Source: Eledone cirrhosa
Taxonomy: Eukaryota
Direction: 5' to 3'
Assembly: GCA_964016885.1 (NCBI GenBank)
Contig: OZ024741.1
Span: 271,002,001 to 271,066,000 of the forward strand
DNA: 64,000 bases
Shown here: in pieces, positions 1 through 10,581 of the stretch
Position numbering within the stretch: the stretch's first letter is position 1
Layout of the letters: every line of letters begins with the position of its first letter
The notes under the pieces: generated by a model
The model's input: the letters and a program-made list of their open reading frames with translations, nothing else
Databases searched by the model: none
Told to the model about the DNA's origin: nothing
Translations under genes and position numbers: made by a program

Positions 1-605
1 TGTGACTAATCCCGGTCTTTAAAAAAAAAAACCGCGATAATATTGCTATTTTGCTGAACTCCTTACATTTTGTAGAGTTTTTTTCGGAATGTTTTTTGAC
101 TGCTGTTTCTTGTAAACAGACATTCGTCTCATTCTGACGTCACCAGCCATGTCTCTCCATGTGCGTTTATTTTCATAATTACGCATGACGCGAACTAGAC
201 TGCTTTTAAATTCCCTTTTTGGCATATTCTAACAGTAGTCTAGGGTGATGGTGTTTGAGCTCTACTGATGAACGACTCCAACCGTGACCATCTCCACTGA
301 AAGTTTCGTGAAATAGTCTTTTTAAGATTATATGGAACATTTGTAGTTTTTCCAAATTGACGGAAGAGTATTTAAACTTTATTTTATTCAGAGTTAAGGG
401 TCTATTGATTTTTCCCTAGATTTCACAAAATTCTGTGGATAAATCTATGTCTTGATTTTTTTGAATTGAGTTTCAATTATTTTCCCACATCTTATGTTAA
501 TTATTTTTCCATTTTGACGTTATAGTCACTTATATATTATGAAATTCTGTTGGCTTCACGCTCACAATAATTTCTATACTTTCATTTATATATACCCCCC
601 CCCCC

Positions 606-659
<54 letters not shown>

Positions 660-662
<3 letters not shown>

Positions 663-740
663 CTTGATCACCTTGACCGTCCAGTCTGTCGGGCGCCCAT
701 CGGTGCCGCTGGTCACAGCACGTCGTGCTGTTTTAGACAT
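660..740 (-). mobile_element. Probable extreme 3' tip of a LINE (RTE-like) within (TA)n
   Basis: GC-rich ~80-bp island between TA runs; the minus strand ends in a short tandem tail (CAAGGTGAT)x2, as RTE 3' ends do. No coding motif is long enough to confirm. Confidence 0.3.
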
Positions 741-1084
741 ATATATATATATATATATATATAAGTATGTACACGTACATACATATATGTATACAGACGT
801 ACAGTAGTATGTATATATATATACATACATGCACACATATATATATGTACGTATGGATTCACCGAACATTTATTATAATGCTCGGTGTGTTTGTAAACAA
901 ACATCCAGTATTAAGCTGTAGTGTCTAGCAACCATCGTTGCTCGTTTGTTCAACACTGAGAAAGGAACGCTGTACTAGTTTTTTGCTCTACGGTTCTTAT
1001 ATATTTGATATATATTTATCCTTATCGAGCCCTCTTTGGATTTTAGTCTTCAAATTTATTATTATTACTATTATTATTAATATA

Positions 1085-1300
1085 TATATCTATCTATCTA
1101 TCTAAGGCGGATAAAATTCCCGAAATCCATGGACGAGTTCTCTCCAGCGGTCTCTGTCCCTCATTATCGCTGCCATGTCCTGCATCTCCAACAGACCAGT
1201 GTCTGTCCTTAGGGCATCAACATATGTTAACCTTGGTCTTCCTCTTCTAGTGTGTCCATGTAAGGGCTCCCAAAGGAGTACTGAGTGCAATGTCAACTCT
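1085..1300 (-). mobile_element. 5'-truncated RTE-clade LINE, C-terminal ORF end plus 3' tail
   Basis: ORF 1102-1296: LLWEPLHGHTRRGRPRLTYVDALRTDTG...MRDRDRWRELV matches the RTE C-terminal G-R-RGRP...DR..WR pattern; followed by a (GATA)n tail. Confidence 0.75.
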
Positions 1301-1325
1301 GGATGTATATATATATATTATATAT

Positions 1326-1374
<49 letters not shown>

Positions 1375-1401
1375 ATATGTGAGAAAAACCACAGACCCTC
1401 C

Positions 1402-1607
1402 ATCTCAACTCTACTTTTGAAAAGCAGAAGAACTGCGAAATCGGTAAAGGAACCAAATAAATATATATATTTAAAAAAAAAATAAGACTCCAGTTGCATT
1501 TTCGATTTCATCTTTTTTCTTTATACTTTCACTCGTGTAGAACACCTCGGTTATTTTTCAATTTGTAAAAAAAAAAAAAAAAAAAACTTAAAAAAAAAAC
1601 ACCTCAC

Positions 1608-1612
<5 letters not shown>
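1402..1612 (+). repeat. Dispersed repeat (probable Penelope-like pseudo-LTR fragment); inverted copy at 52202-52382
   Basis: Near-identical to the reverse complement of 52202-52382; both end in (TA)n and carry a hammerhead-like motif. Confidence 0.7.
1414..1449 (+). ncRNA. Minimal type I hammerhead-like motif, U3-A8 core variant
   Basis: ctt-TTGAAAA-GCAG(aagaa)CTGC-GAAA-tcgg-TA-aag; stem I ctt/aag, stem II GCAG/CTGC. Confidence 0.55.
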
Positions 1613-1672
<60 letters not shown>

Positions 1673-1927
1673 TATATATCGCTATTTCAAAGCACCAATT
1701 CTTATATATATATATATATATTATATATATATATATTATATATTATATATATATATATGTATATATGTATGTATATAAGATGGCATATATATATATATAT
1801 GTATGTATATATATATATATTATATATTATATATATATATATATATATATTATATATTATATATATATATATGTATGTATATATATAGGTATATATGTAT
1901 GTATATAAGTATGCATGTATATATATG

Positions 1928-2006
<79 letters not shown>

Positions 2007-2070
2007 ATATACATATATACATACATATATATATATGCATACTTATATACATACATATATACATTGATTG

Positions 2071-2810
2071 TGCTGATTGGGAGAGGAGATGATGTATATA
2101 TTTTATCAAATGATTCTATGGACATACTTTATTGTATATTGCTCTGATTGTTGATTATTTAATTAATTAATTCGTCATTGAGCCAAATCGTGAATGGCCG
2201 CCAAAAACACACATATATATATATCTATGACTTTGTCTAGTTTATGTATATGTAAATCTTTATATTTGATATGGTTGAGATGTAATTTAGGCAGTATTGG
2301 GCTGCGCTTTCTAGTAACCAGCCCACTCGCCGTAAGGTACCAATCACATTCTTTATGACTTGACCACTGCCACGTCACAGTTATTATTCATTTTGAATTC
2401 GTTTCTGGCGGGGATCATTTAAGAAAAATCTTCGTCCAAGTGAGTTTGTTTCCTGATGATTTCGAAACTCGTGAATTTATCCTTGATCGGATATTTCCAA
2501 AAAGCCAATGAAACCTCACGTGGTAGAAGCATAATTTTGGTATGTTTATATACATTTTTTCTTCTAACTTTGATTTTATACCTAATTGTGTATGGTTGAC
2601 GATGTATTTAATCGATTTCCACGTGCTATTAGAAATGCTGGGTAAATATTCTATAGCTGTTGATCGCGGATAGATAGCTGTCGTTTATTTATCTATTATT
2701 TCTTAGAGCCTTGATTAATTTGTTTTTTGTGTGGATGATTATGCTGATTGGGAGAGGAGATGGTGTATATATTTTATCAAATGATTCTACGGACATACTT
2801 TATTGTATAT
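2071..2810. repeat. ~69-bp direct repeats (2071-2139 and 2742-2810) bracketing ~600 bp of unclassified sequence
   Basis: tgctgattgggagaggagatg(a/g)tgtatatattttatcaaatgattcta(t/c)ggacatactttattgtatat occurs twice with 2 mismatches. Confidence 0.75.
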
Positions 2811-2887
2811 ATATATATATATAAAATAATACTTACATATACGAATAATACTTATATATGTGTAAAATACTGTGGTAAGCAGTAAGT

Positions 2888-2984
2888 CAACCGATAGCTC
2901 AGCTCAGTTGGTAGAGCAGGGGATTGTAGGTTGTTATAGGAGGTTGTCATCCTTAGGTTGATGGTTCGAATCCGCCTAGTAAGT
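2888..2984 (+). pseudogene. Intron-containing tRNA-Tyr(GTA) pseudogene
   Basis: D arm GCTCAGTTGGTAGAGC (with a 5-nt agctc duplication), anticodon GTA at 2926-2928, 19-nt intron 2930-2948 after position 37, then ATCCTTAGGT and T loop GGTTCGAATCC; acceptor and T stems are mismatched. Confidence 0.8.
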
Positions 2985-3745
2985 AAGTACCCCCGCTCCC
3001 CACACTTGACCTGCGGCTTAACAACAAATATTCTATTTTATCCCACCCACCCCTATCTCATCTGTCTCGTCTTCTTTTATCTCCCACAGTCGTCATCCTT
3101 ACCTCCTTACACACCATTACCATCATTTGAGGGGTTGTGATTAGTGCACATGTGTGGCAGAGTAAAATGACAGGCCCTCATTTCTCATGGAGTTTTGAAA
3201 TAAGTGGTGTGTGTCTGTGAGATTGTGTAAAGTCCGGGATTTATGCTCATCAACATCATTTTTATATCTATTTTGCCATGTTTAGACGGGGTGTTTTACA
3301 GTTAGATGTCCTTCCTGGTACCAACACTTTTAAACATCTCTTAAAAATTACAGCTCACCTTCCTAAGTAATGGTTTACCTTTGTAAGCAATAGAACGTCC
3401 GTGTAAGCAATGTCATGAGGATGCACATCTCTGTAGGGAGAAGAACTCCAGATGAGTTCCTGATAACAAGCACCAAGATGGACTTCTTATTATGAAGTCA
3501 GTGGATGATCTGCCAGAACACTTTAGTTGCTGATCTAAAGTCAGATTATAACTTAACCCTAAAGTCCTTCCATATCTTAACTTCAGATGCCTTTACTGTT
3601 TCTGCTGTGACTTTTCACACCTGCTTGTACCACAAGTGTTACACCGGACGACTGAGAAGATCAGGTGGTGGTGTTACACCGGACGACCGAGATACTTCTC
3701 TAACAACGAGGGATCCAATAGTTAGAACAACGGAATTGCCTACTC

Positions 3746-4000
3746 GTGAAATTGACATGTAAGTGGCTGAGCATTCTATAGACACACCATCAACGTAGTT
3801 CTCAGGGAGATTCAGCGTGACACAGCGTGTGACAAGTTTGGCCCTTTTGAATTACGGGTACAACTAATAATTTTTCAGCTGAGTGGATTGGATCAACGTG
3901 AAATAAAGTGCCTTGCTCAGGGACAGAACACGCCACCTGCTCAAAGAAACGAACTTATAGCCTTACGGCCATGACTCGAACACACTGACTGCAAAGCCAG
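3746..4000 (-). mobile_element. Diverged tRNA-derived SINE (octopus-type, related to 14726-14972)
   Basis: Contains cagctgagtggattggatcaacgtgaaataaagtgccttgctcagggac, the reverse complement of the GTGTCCTTGAGCAAGACACTT..TTCACGTTGCTCCAGT core seen at 14807-14845; degenerate tRNA-like head toward 4000. Confidence 0.7.
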
Positions 4001-4012
4001 TATGCATATATA

Positions 4013-4583
4013 TCTATATACATAAATGGCAATTTTTGTCTGTTTGTGAGTGTGTGTTTGTGGATTTGTTTGTGAACCTAAAACTCAAAAAATACCGAAC
4101 TGATCTTGATGAAACTTGACACGTGTGTGGGGCTCATGCCCATTTGATTTCTTCCGTACTTTGACGTTAAAAAAAAATCGATAATTTCCAGTCTGCATCG
4201 ATTTAAAAAAAATGAATAGGAAATGTGTATGCAAAAACTCATATGAATGTTATTTTCTGCCATAACTTTTAAAGCTCTCACCCGATTTCCTTCAAACATG
4301 AAACACAGATAGATTATATATATATATAGGATGGATTATGGACTGAGGATGGCTTTTTGTTAAAGACAATTATCCAGACCACTCGAGCAGAGCGTAAGAT
4401 GATTTTTAATTAACTGATGAGCGTAATTTGGCTTCAGCTGTTGTGGGCTTAAAATGGTCTCCATAAATCAACTTAATATTCTGTGGTAGCCGTAACTTTT
4501 ATTTTTGGTCTGAGAGGCATTGGGCATTTTAATGGGAATTGGGAATACCCCCGCTCCCGGGTATTACCGGGTACCTCAGCTAG
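4013..4583 (+). mobile_element. Complete non-autonomous Helitron (571 bp)
   Basis: 5' A|TCTATATACATAAA followed by a GTCTGT/GTTTGT run; 3' GC hairpin CCCGG-gtatta-CCGGG (4556-4571), 8 nt spacer, then CTAG|T (4580-4584); A-T target with no TSD. Confidence 0.8.
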
Positions 4584-4600
4584 TATATATATATATATAA

Positions 4601-4872
4601 TAATAATTGTTTCTACTTTTGGCACAAGGCTAGCAATTACCCAGTACATTACTGGTACTTTATTTTATAGACCCCGTAAGGATGAAAGGCAAAGTTAACC
4701 TCGGCGGGATTTGAACTCAGAATGGCAAGGGCCGTAACTCTTTACATATATAATAATTGTTTCTATTTTTAGGCACAAGGCCATTAATTACTCAGTACAT
4801 TACTGGTACTTTATTTTATCGACCTCGTAAGGATGAAAGGCAAAGTTAACCTCGGCGGGATTTGAACTCAGA
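4601..4872 (-). mobile_element. Two tandem 5'-truncated copies of a tRNA-derived SINE with Nin/Deu-like core (4601-4740, 4751-4872)
   Basis: Reverse complement of B-box GAGTTCAAATCCC plus GCCTTTCATCCTTACG(G/A)GGTC(G/T)ATAAAATAAAGTACCAG; matches 13084-13281; (TTA)n tails. Confidence 0.8.
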
Positions 4873-4980
4873 TCTTTGCATATATAATAATAATACTTAT
4901 ATATACGAATAATACTTACATATGAATAATTATGTATTAAATACGGTGGTAAGTAGTAAGTCAACCGATTTCGTGTAATG

Positions 4981-4981
<1 letters not shown>

Positions 4982-5064
<83 letters not shown>
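4982..5064. repeat. (CA)n microsatellite
   Basis: Direct reading. Confidence 0.95.
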
Positions 5065-5079
<15 letters not shown>

Positions 5080-5266
5080 AACTAGAAATAGAAGCTTTCG
5101 CCATGTGTGTGTGTGCGTGGAAAAAGATGAGTCTTGACGTACATACGTCAAAACTCATCTTTTCCCATTTCCAGAGGGTTCTAAACTCCACTATCAGGCC
5201 AACATTTCTTTAGTAAAAAATACGGCGAAAGCTTCTATTTCTAGTTTCAAACTTGCTCGCTGTTTC

Positions 5267-5542
<276 letters not shown>

Positions 5543-6014
5543 TGTATATGTATATATATATACTCGATCTCATGTAAAAGTGAAATCTAATCATTTCACG
5601 GATATCAGCTCAACATTTCTGGATCTAGATATCATCCTGTACAGATGAAGGGACGACAGAAAATGGAGGCGATTTTACATTCTTCCATAATCGGGGCAAC
5701 TAGTAACATAATCAACCCCTATCACCAAATACAACAAAGTGTAGCGCTATCTTTTAGTTCTAATCGCTTTCAATGGAATAACCGTATCTTATCGGCAAAA
5801 ATAAATAAACTTGCATTTATTTTTCAACTATGAAACAATAGATTTTCTATTGATACTGTATTCTGTTTACAAGCAACAGTAATTCAACATGTGAATTACT
5901 AACAGCAGCAGCAGTAGTAGTAGTAGCAGCAGCAGCAGCAGCAGCAGTAGTTGTAGGAGGAGGAGGTGTAGGAGCATGAGGTTATAACAGTACACTTGTT
6001 ACCTCTTCCCTCTA

Positions 6015-6076
<62 letters not shown>

Positions 6077-6079
<3 letters not shown>

Positions 6080-6350
6080 CGAAGGAAATGTGGTAAGGAA
6101 CCAGGTGGACCATAACGCACCAAAGTACTCGATACTTAGGGTAGTAGAGTGGGTAATAGGGACGAGTAAGACCCCGACGGCTGAGCTCAAGCCGTTTCGA
6201 CGGCCAGAATTAGCCGTCGAAACGGCTTGAGCTCAGCCGTCGGGGTCTTACTTGTTCCTATATATATATATATACAAATATATATATATACCCTAAGTAT
6301 CGAGTACTCTGGTGTGTCCATCTGGTTCCTTACCACACTTACTTCGTTAT
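6077..6350. mobile_element. Head-to-head inverted pair of short terminal fragments of the Penelope-like element at 10171-12584
   Basis: 6077-6204 matches 10171-10298; 6205-6350 is its reverse complement with a (TA)n interruption; forms a long fold-back. Confidence 0.8.
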
Positions 6351-6940
6351 ATATATATATATATATATAAGTAAAACAATGTTGTCTCTGATCGAGACGA
6401 AACGAGTGTGTATTTGAATACATATAAAAATGAGAAAACCCTTCGCTAGAGCAGCCATTAAAACACCTAAATATAACCAAAGACAGCAATGGGCCTCAGA
6501 GGACAGAGACCAGTGACCTCTGGTCAACAGAAAGACAATCCACAAGGTGAGTGACTGGTAGATGAAATATAGAAAAGATCGAAAGAGGGGAAAGACAGGG
6601 AATTACAATCGTTTGAAACGAAAGAGGACATCTGTTGATATTAGCGGCTTTCTAGGTATAAATACGATGTCTCTCTTATCACATCCAATGAGGATTTTGG
6701 CTTCTATAACGTGAGGCTGTTGTTCAAACACAACCATACGTGTCCCATTCACAAACTAGGCTAATCGAGCTTTCTGCGAAACATTATGACTACTGCCTTT
6801 TTTCAATTCAAGGTTGTGTGGCGGCAAAACCGGAACTTGGTGAAACAGGAGGAAACTTCTAGCAAAAGGACGAACTAAAAACAAAATTCTTTTTATTTTT
6901 TGGGTATTGAACTCTGAACAGTGACTGCCATTTAAAATTG

Positions 6941-8418
6941 ACAGTTGTATAACCAATAGTTGTATACCCAATATAACCAACAGTTGTATAACCAATATAA
7001 CCAACAGTTGTATAACCAATATAACCAACAGTTATATAACCAATATAACCAACAGTTGTATAACCAATATAACCAACAGTTGTATAACCAATATAACCAA
7101 CAGTTGTATAACCAATATAACCAACAGTTATATAACCAATATAACCAACAGTTGTATAACCAATAGTTGTATAACCAATATAACCAACAGTTGTATAACC
7201 AACAGTTATATAACCAATATAACCAACAGTTGTATAACCGATATGACCAACAGTTGTATGACCAACAGTTGTATAACCAACAGTTATATAACCAATATAA
7301 CCAACAGTTGTATAACCAATAGTTGCATAACCAATATAACCAACAGTTGTATAACCAATATAACCAACAGTTGTATAACCAATATAACCAACAGTTGTAT
7401 AACCAATATAACCAACAGTTATATAACCAATACAACCAACAGTTGTATAACCAATAGTTGTATAACCAATATAACCAACAGTTGTATAACCAACAGTTAT
7501 ATAACCAATATAACCAACAGTTGTATAACCAATATGACCAACAGTTGTATGGCCAACAGTTGTATAACCAACAGTTATATAACCAATATAACCAACAGTT
7601 GTATAACCAACAGTTGTATAACCAATAGTTGCATAACTAATATAACCAACAGTTGTATAACCAATATGACCAACAGTTATATAACCAACAGGTGTATAAC
7701 CAACAGTTATATAGCCAACAGTTCTATAGCCAATATAGCCAACAGTTGTATAACCAACAGTTATATAACCAACAGTTGTATAACCAATATAACCAACAGT
7801 TGTAAAACCAACAGTTGTATAACCAATATAACCAACAGTTGTAAAACCAATAGATGTATCACCAACAGTTGTAAAACCAATGTAACCAACAGTTATATAA
7901 CCAACAACTATATAACCAACAGTTGTATAACCAACAGTTATATAACCAACAGTTTATAACCAACAGTTGTATAACCAATATAACGAACAGTTCTATAACC
8001 AACAGTTGTAAAACCAACAGTTGTATAACCAACAGTCGTATAACCAATATAACCGACAGTTATATAGCCAACAGTTCAATAACCAACAGTTGTATAACCA
8101 ATATAACGAACAGTTGTATAACTAACAGTTGTAAAACCAACAGTTGTATAACCAACAGTCGTATAACCAATATAACCGACAGTTATATAACCAACAGTTC
8201 AATAACCAACAGTTGTATAACCAATATAACGAACAGTTGTATAACTAACAGTTGTAAAACCAACAGTTGTATAACCAACAGTCGTATAATCAATATAACC
8301 AAGAGTTATATAACCAACAGTTCAATAACCAACAGTTGTATAACCAACAGTTGTATAACCAACAGTTGTAAAACCAACAGTTGTATAACCAACAGTTGTA
8401 TAATCAACAACTGTACCA
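6941..8418. repeat. Composite minisatellite of a 15-bp unit (AACCAACAGTTGTAT) interleaved with a 9-bp unit (AACCAATAT)
   Basis: Direct reading; 24-bp periodicity on the left, mostly 15-bp on the right, with ~120-bp higher-order repeats near 7980-8340. Confidence 0.95.
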
Positions 8419-8850
8419 ATCACCCACTGCGTCTGCTCCATTTCTCAAATGTTATTTAAAGGCGATATTGTAAATATTCATCCTTGAAATCTTTATAGAT
8501 TTACGTAAGGATTTCATTAAATACCGAAATAGTATCGTTCGATACCGGCTTTGTTTATTTTGGGAATTATCAAAGAATACTTTTAATATTATTTATTTAT
8601 TTACATATTTCCTTCATAGAAATAACAAGTGCACAAGTATAGCTCTTTTTACAAAACGTTTTTCTTTCCATTTCAGGTAGACGCGCGCCATCATCCACTT
8701 TGAAAAAAAAAAAAAAATCATACACAAAACGCCATCACCAACAGTTTTGCAAGAGATGTCAACATGAATGGACCTGTTATTTTTATCTAAAGACATTTTT
8801 TCCAATTCCAACCCACTCGTCCCCTCAATCTATCTTATTTCTCATTCTTC

Positions 8851-8884
8851 CTTCTGATGAAGGACTAGCGTCCGAAACGTTAAG
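8851..8884 (+). ncRNA. Canonical minimal type I hammerhead ribozyme motif (Penelope-associated type)
   Basis: ctt-CTGATGA-a-GGAC(tagc)GTCC-GAAA-CGTT-aag; intact core, 4-bp stem II, palindromic AACGTT stem III. Confidence 0.75.
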
Positions 8885-9159
8885 ACCCTCTTCCTGCTAT
8901 ATCAAGCGTTAACCTAATATATACCTTCCATATACTGTACCAATTGTGTTGTTATTTCTGTTTACCTTTTACATATATATTTATATATATAGACACACAC
9001 ACACATATTTTTAACATAAAGATGGCTGCAACAGGACTTGAACTGTTTTTATATTAAACATGGTGTTCCCACTCTACTAATGTATTGAGAACCTTACTAA
9101 CTGTGGTTACCCCGGATTGAACCGGGGATAAACTTATATATATATTTATATATATATAT

Positions 9160-9239
<80 letters not shown>

Positions 9240-9240
9240 T

Positions 9241-9959
9241 GAAGAATAACACGGTCAACAGTACAAAAAAGGGTTTTATTTACAGTCTGACAATTGTTTC
9301 ACTGATTAAGTTGTCTAAAAATTGCTGAACACTTGAAGCAGTGCCACTCAATTTTAAATACGTTGTTAGCTTAACCAGATCATCGGAGATAACTGTTATA
9401 TGTTCAGAATTCAAATTACAGCATCATTAATAATATTAATAATAAAGATAGAAAGAGAAAAAAAAGAAAGAGAGATAGAGAGAAGAAAGAAATTAAAAAG
9501 AAAAAAAGAAAAAGAAGAAAGGAAAACAGAAAGATATAGAGAGAAAAGAGGAGAGAAAAGGATAAAGAAGAAATAAAGGTAAATAAAAATGAAAATAAAG
9601 GGAAAATAATGATATCAACAATAAATGAATAAATACTAATAAATAAGTGCTAATAAACAAGTTACATTGAGGATGATACAAAACAATACAAAATATGAAA
9701 ATGAATAAATAAAAAATGTTTATAAGTGCGAAGAAAAGTAGACATAGTAAGATTATTGAGAGTAATTTGAATTATTGCTGTAATTTGAATTCTGAACATA
9801 TAACAGTTATCTCCGATGATCTGGTTAAGCTAACAACGTATTTAAAATTGAGTGGCACAGCTTCAAGTGTTCAGCAATTTTTAGACAACTTAATCAGTGA
9901 AACAATTGTCAGACTGTAAATAAAACCCTTTTTTGTACTGTTGACCATGTTATTCTTCA
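9241..9959. mobile_element. ~185-bp inverted repeats (9241-9423 / 9776-9959), probable Penelope-like pseudo-LTR pair, each with a hammerhead-like motif
   Basis: Arms are reverse complements with about 2-3 mismatches around an A-rich spacer. Confidence 0.75.
9810..9913 (+). ncRNA. Hammerhead-like motif with long stem II and CCGATGA core (mirror copy on the minus strand at ~9287-9390)
   Basis: tct-CCGATGA-t-CTGGTTAAG...CTTAATCAG-t-GAAA-CAATTG-TC-aga; stem I tct/aga, palindromic stem III, GUC triplet. Confidence 0.6.
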
Positions 9960-10133
9960 CTTTTTTAATATTATTACTCCAAGATAAACTTACATAGAAA
10001 TACAAGTGAAATCATAAACTCGCCACCTACGTAAACCCCTTGTTGAGACAAACAACGCCGTACGCTAACACTATCCATAATACGAAGTATTCACAACCTC
10101 TAACTGGATTACCTATAACGATATTTTGTTATC

Positions 10134-10173
<40 letters not shown>

Positions 10174-10304
10174 CGAAGGAAATGTGGTAAGGAACCAGGT
10201 GGACCATAACGCACCAAAGTACTCAATACTTGAGGTAGTAGAGTGGGTAATAGGAACCAGTAAGACCCCGACAGCTGAGCTCAAGCCGTTTCGACGGCTA
10301 ATTC

Positions 10305-10339
10305 TGGACTAAATGAAAATTTATCCTGGTATTTAAATA
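10305..10339 (-). promoter_or_regulatory. Candidate TATA + Initiator core promoter in the pseudo-LTR
   Basis: Minus strand: TATTTAAATA starts 29 nt upstream of the A in TTAGTC (A=10310); short copies elsewhere begin at or within 3-4 nt of this A. Confidence 0.45.
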
Positions 10340-10581
10340 GCCGATCTTCTCAAGGGGTAATTCCATATATGGTCAAAGTGATTGTCAAAAATCAGTAGTA
10401 ATTCTGTGGTTGCAAATTAGTAGGGGAGATGGTGGCTAAACCTGCCAGTAGGAGAAAGAGGGGAGGGGGTGGAGTAGACCCAATCAAGCGTTGGTAGTGC
10501 CAGCTACAGCTGGGCATGAGGTCAAAGAAGATACAGGGGAGGGGGAGGGGGAGGAAGTCGGAACGGTAGGTAGAACAATGG

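Noticed and set aside
266-320. CTGATGA motif (also at ~4414) as a hammerhead core
   Set aside because: No convincing stem II, GAAA and cleavage triplet in register.
2888-2984. Functional tRNA-Tyr gene
   Set aside because: Acceptor stem does not pair, T stem has mismatches, D arm has a 5-nt duplication and no T-run terminator follows.
6430-6760. Possible Tc1 transposase remnant and a strong donor AAG|GTGAGT at ~6546
   Set aside because: Similarity is limited to a few residues and no matching acceptor or open frame was found.
6932-8459. ORFs (WLYNC)n / (ITNSC)n / (YNQQL)n
   Set aside because: Translations of the 15/9-bp minisatellite.
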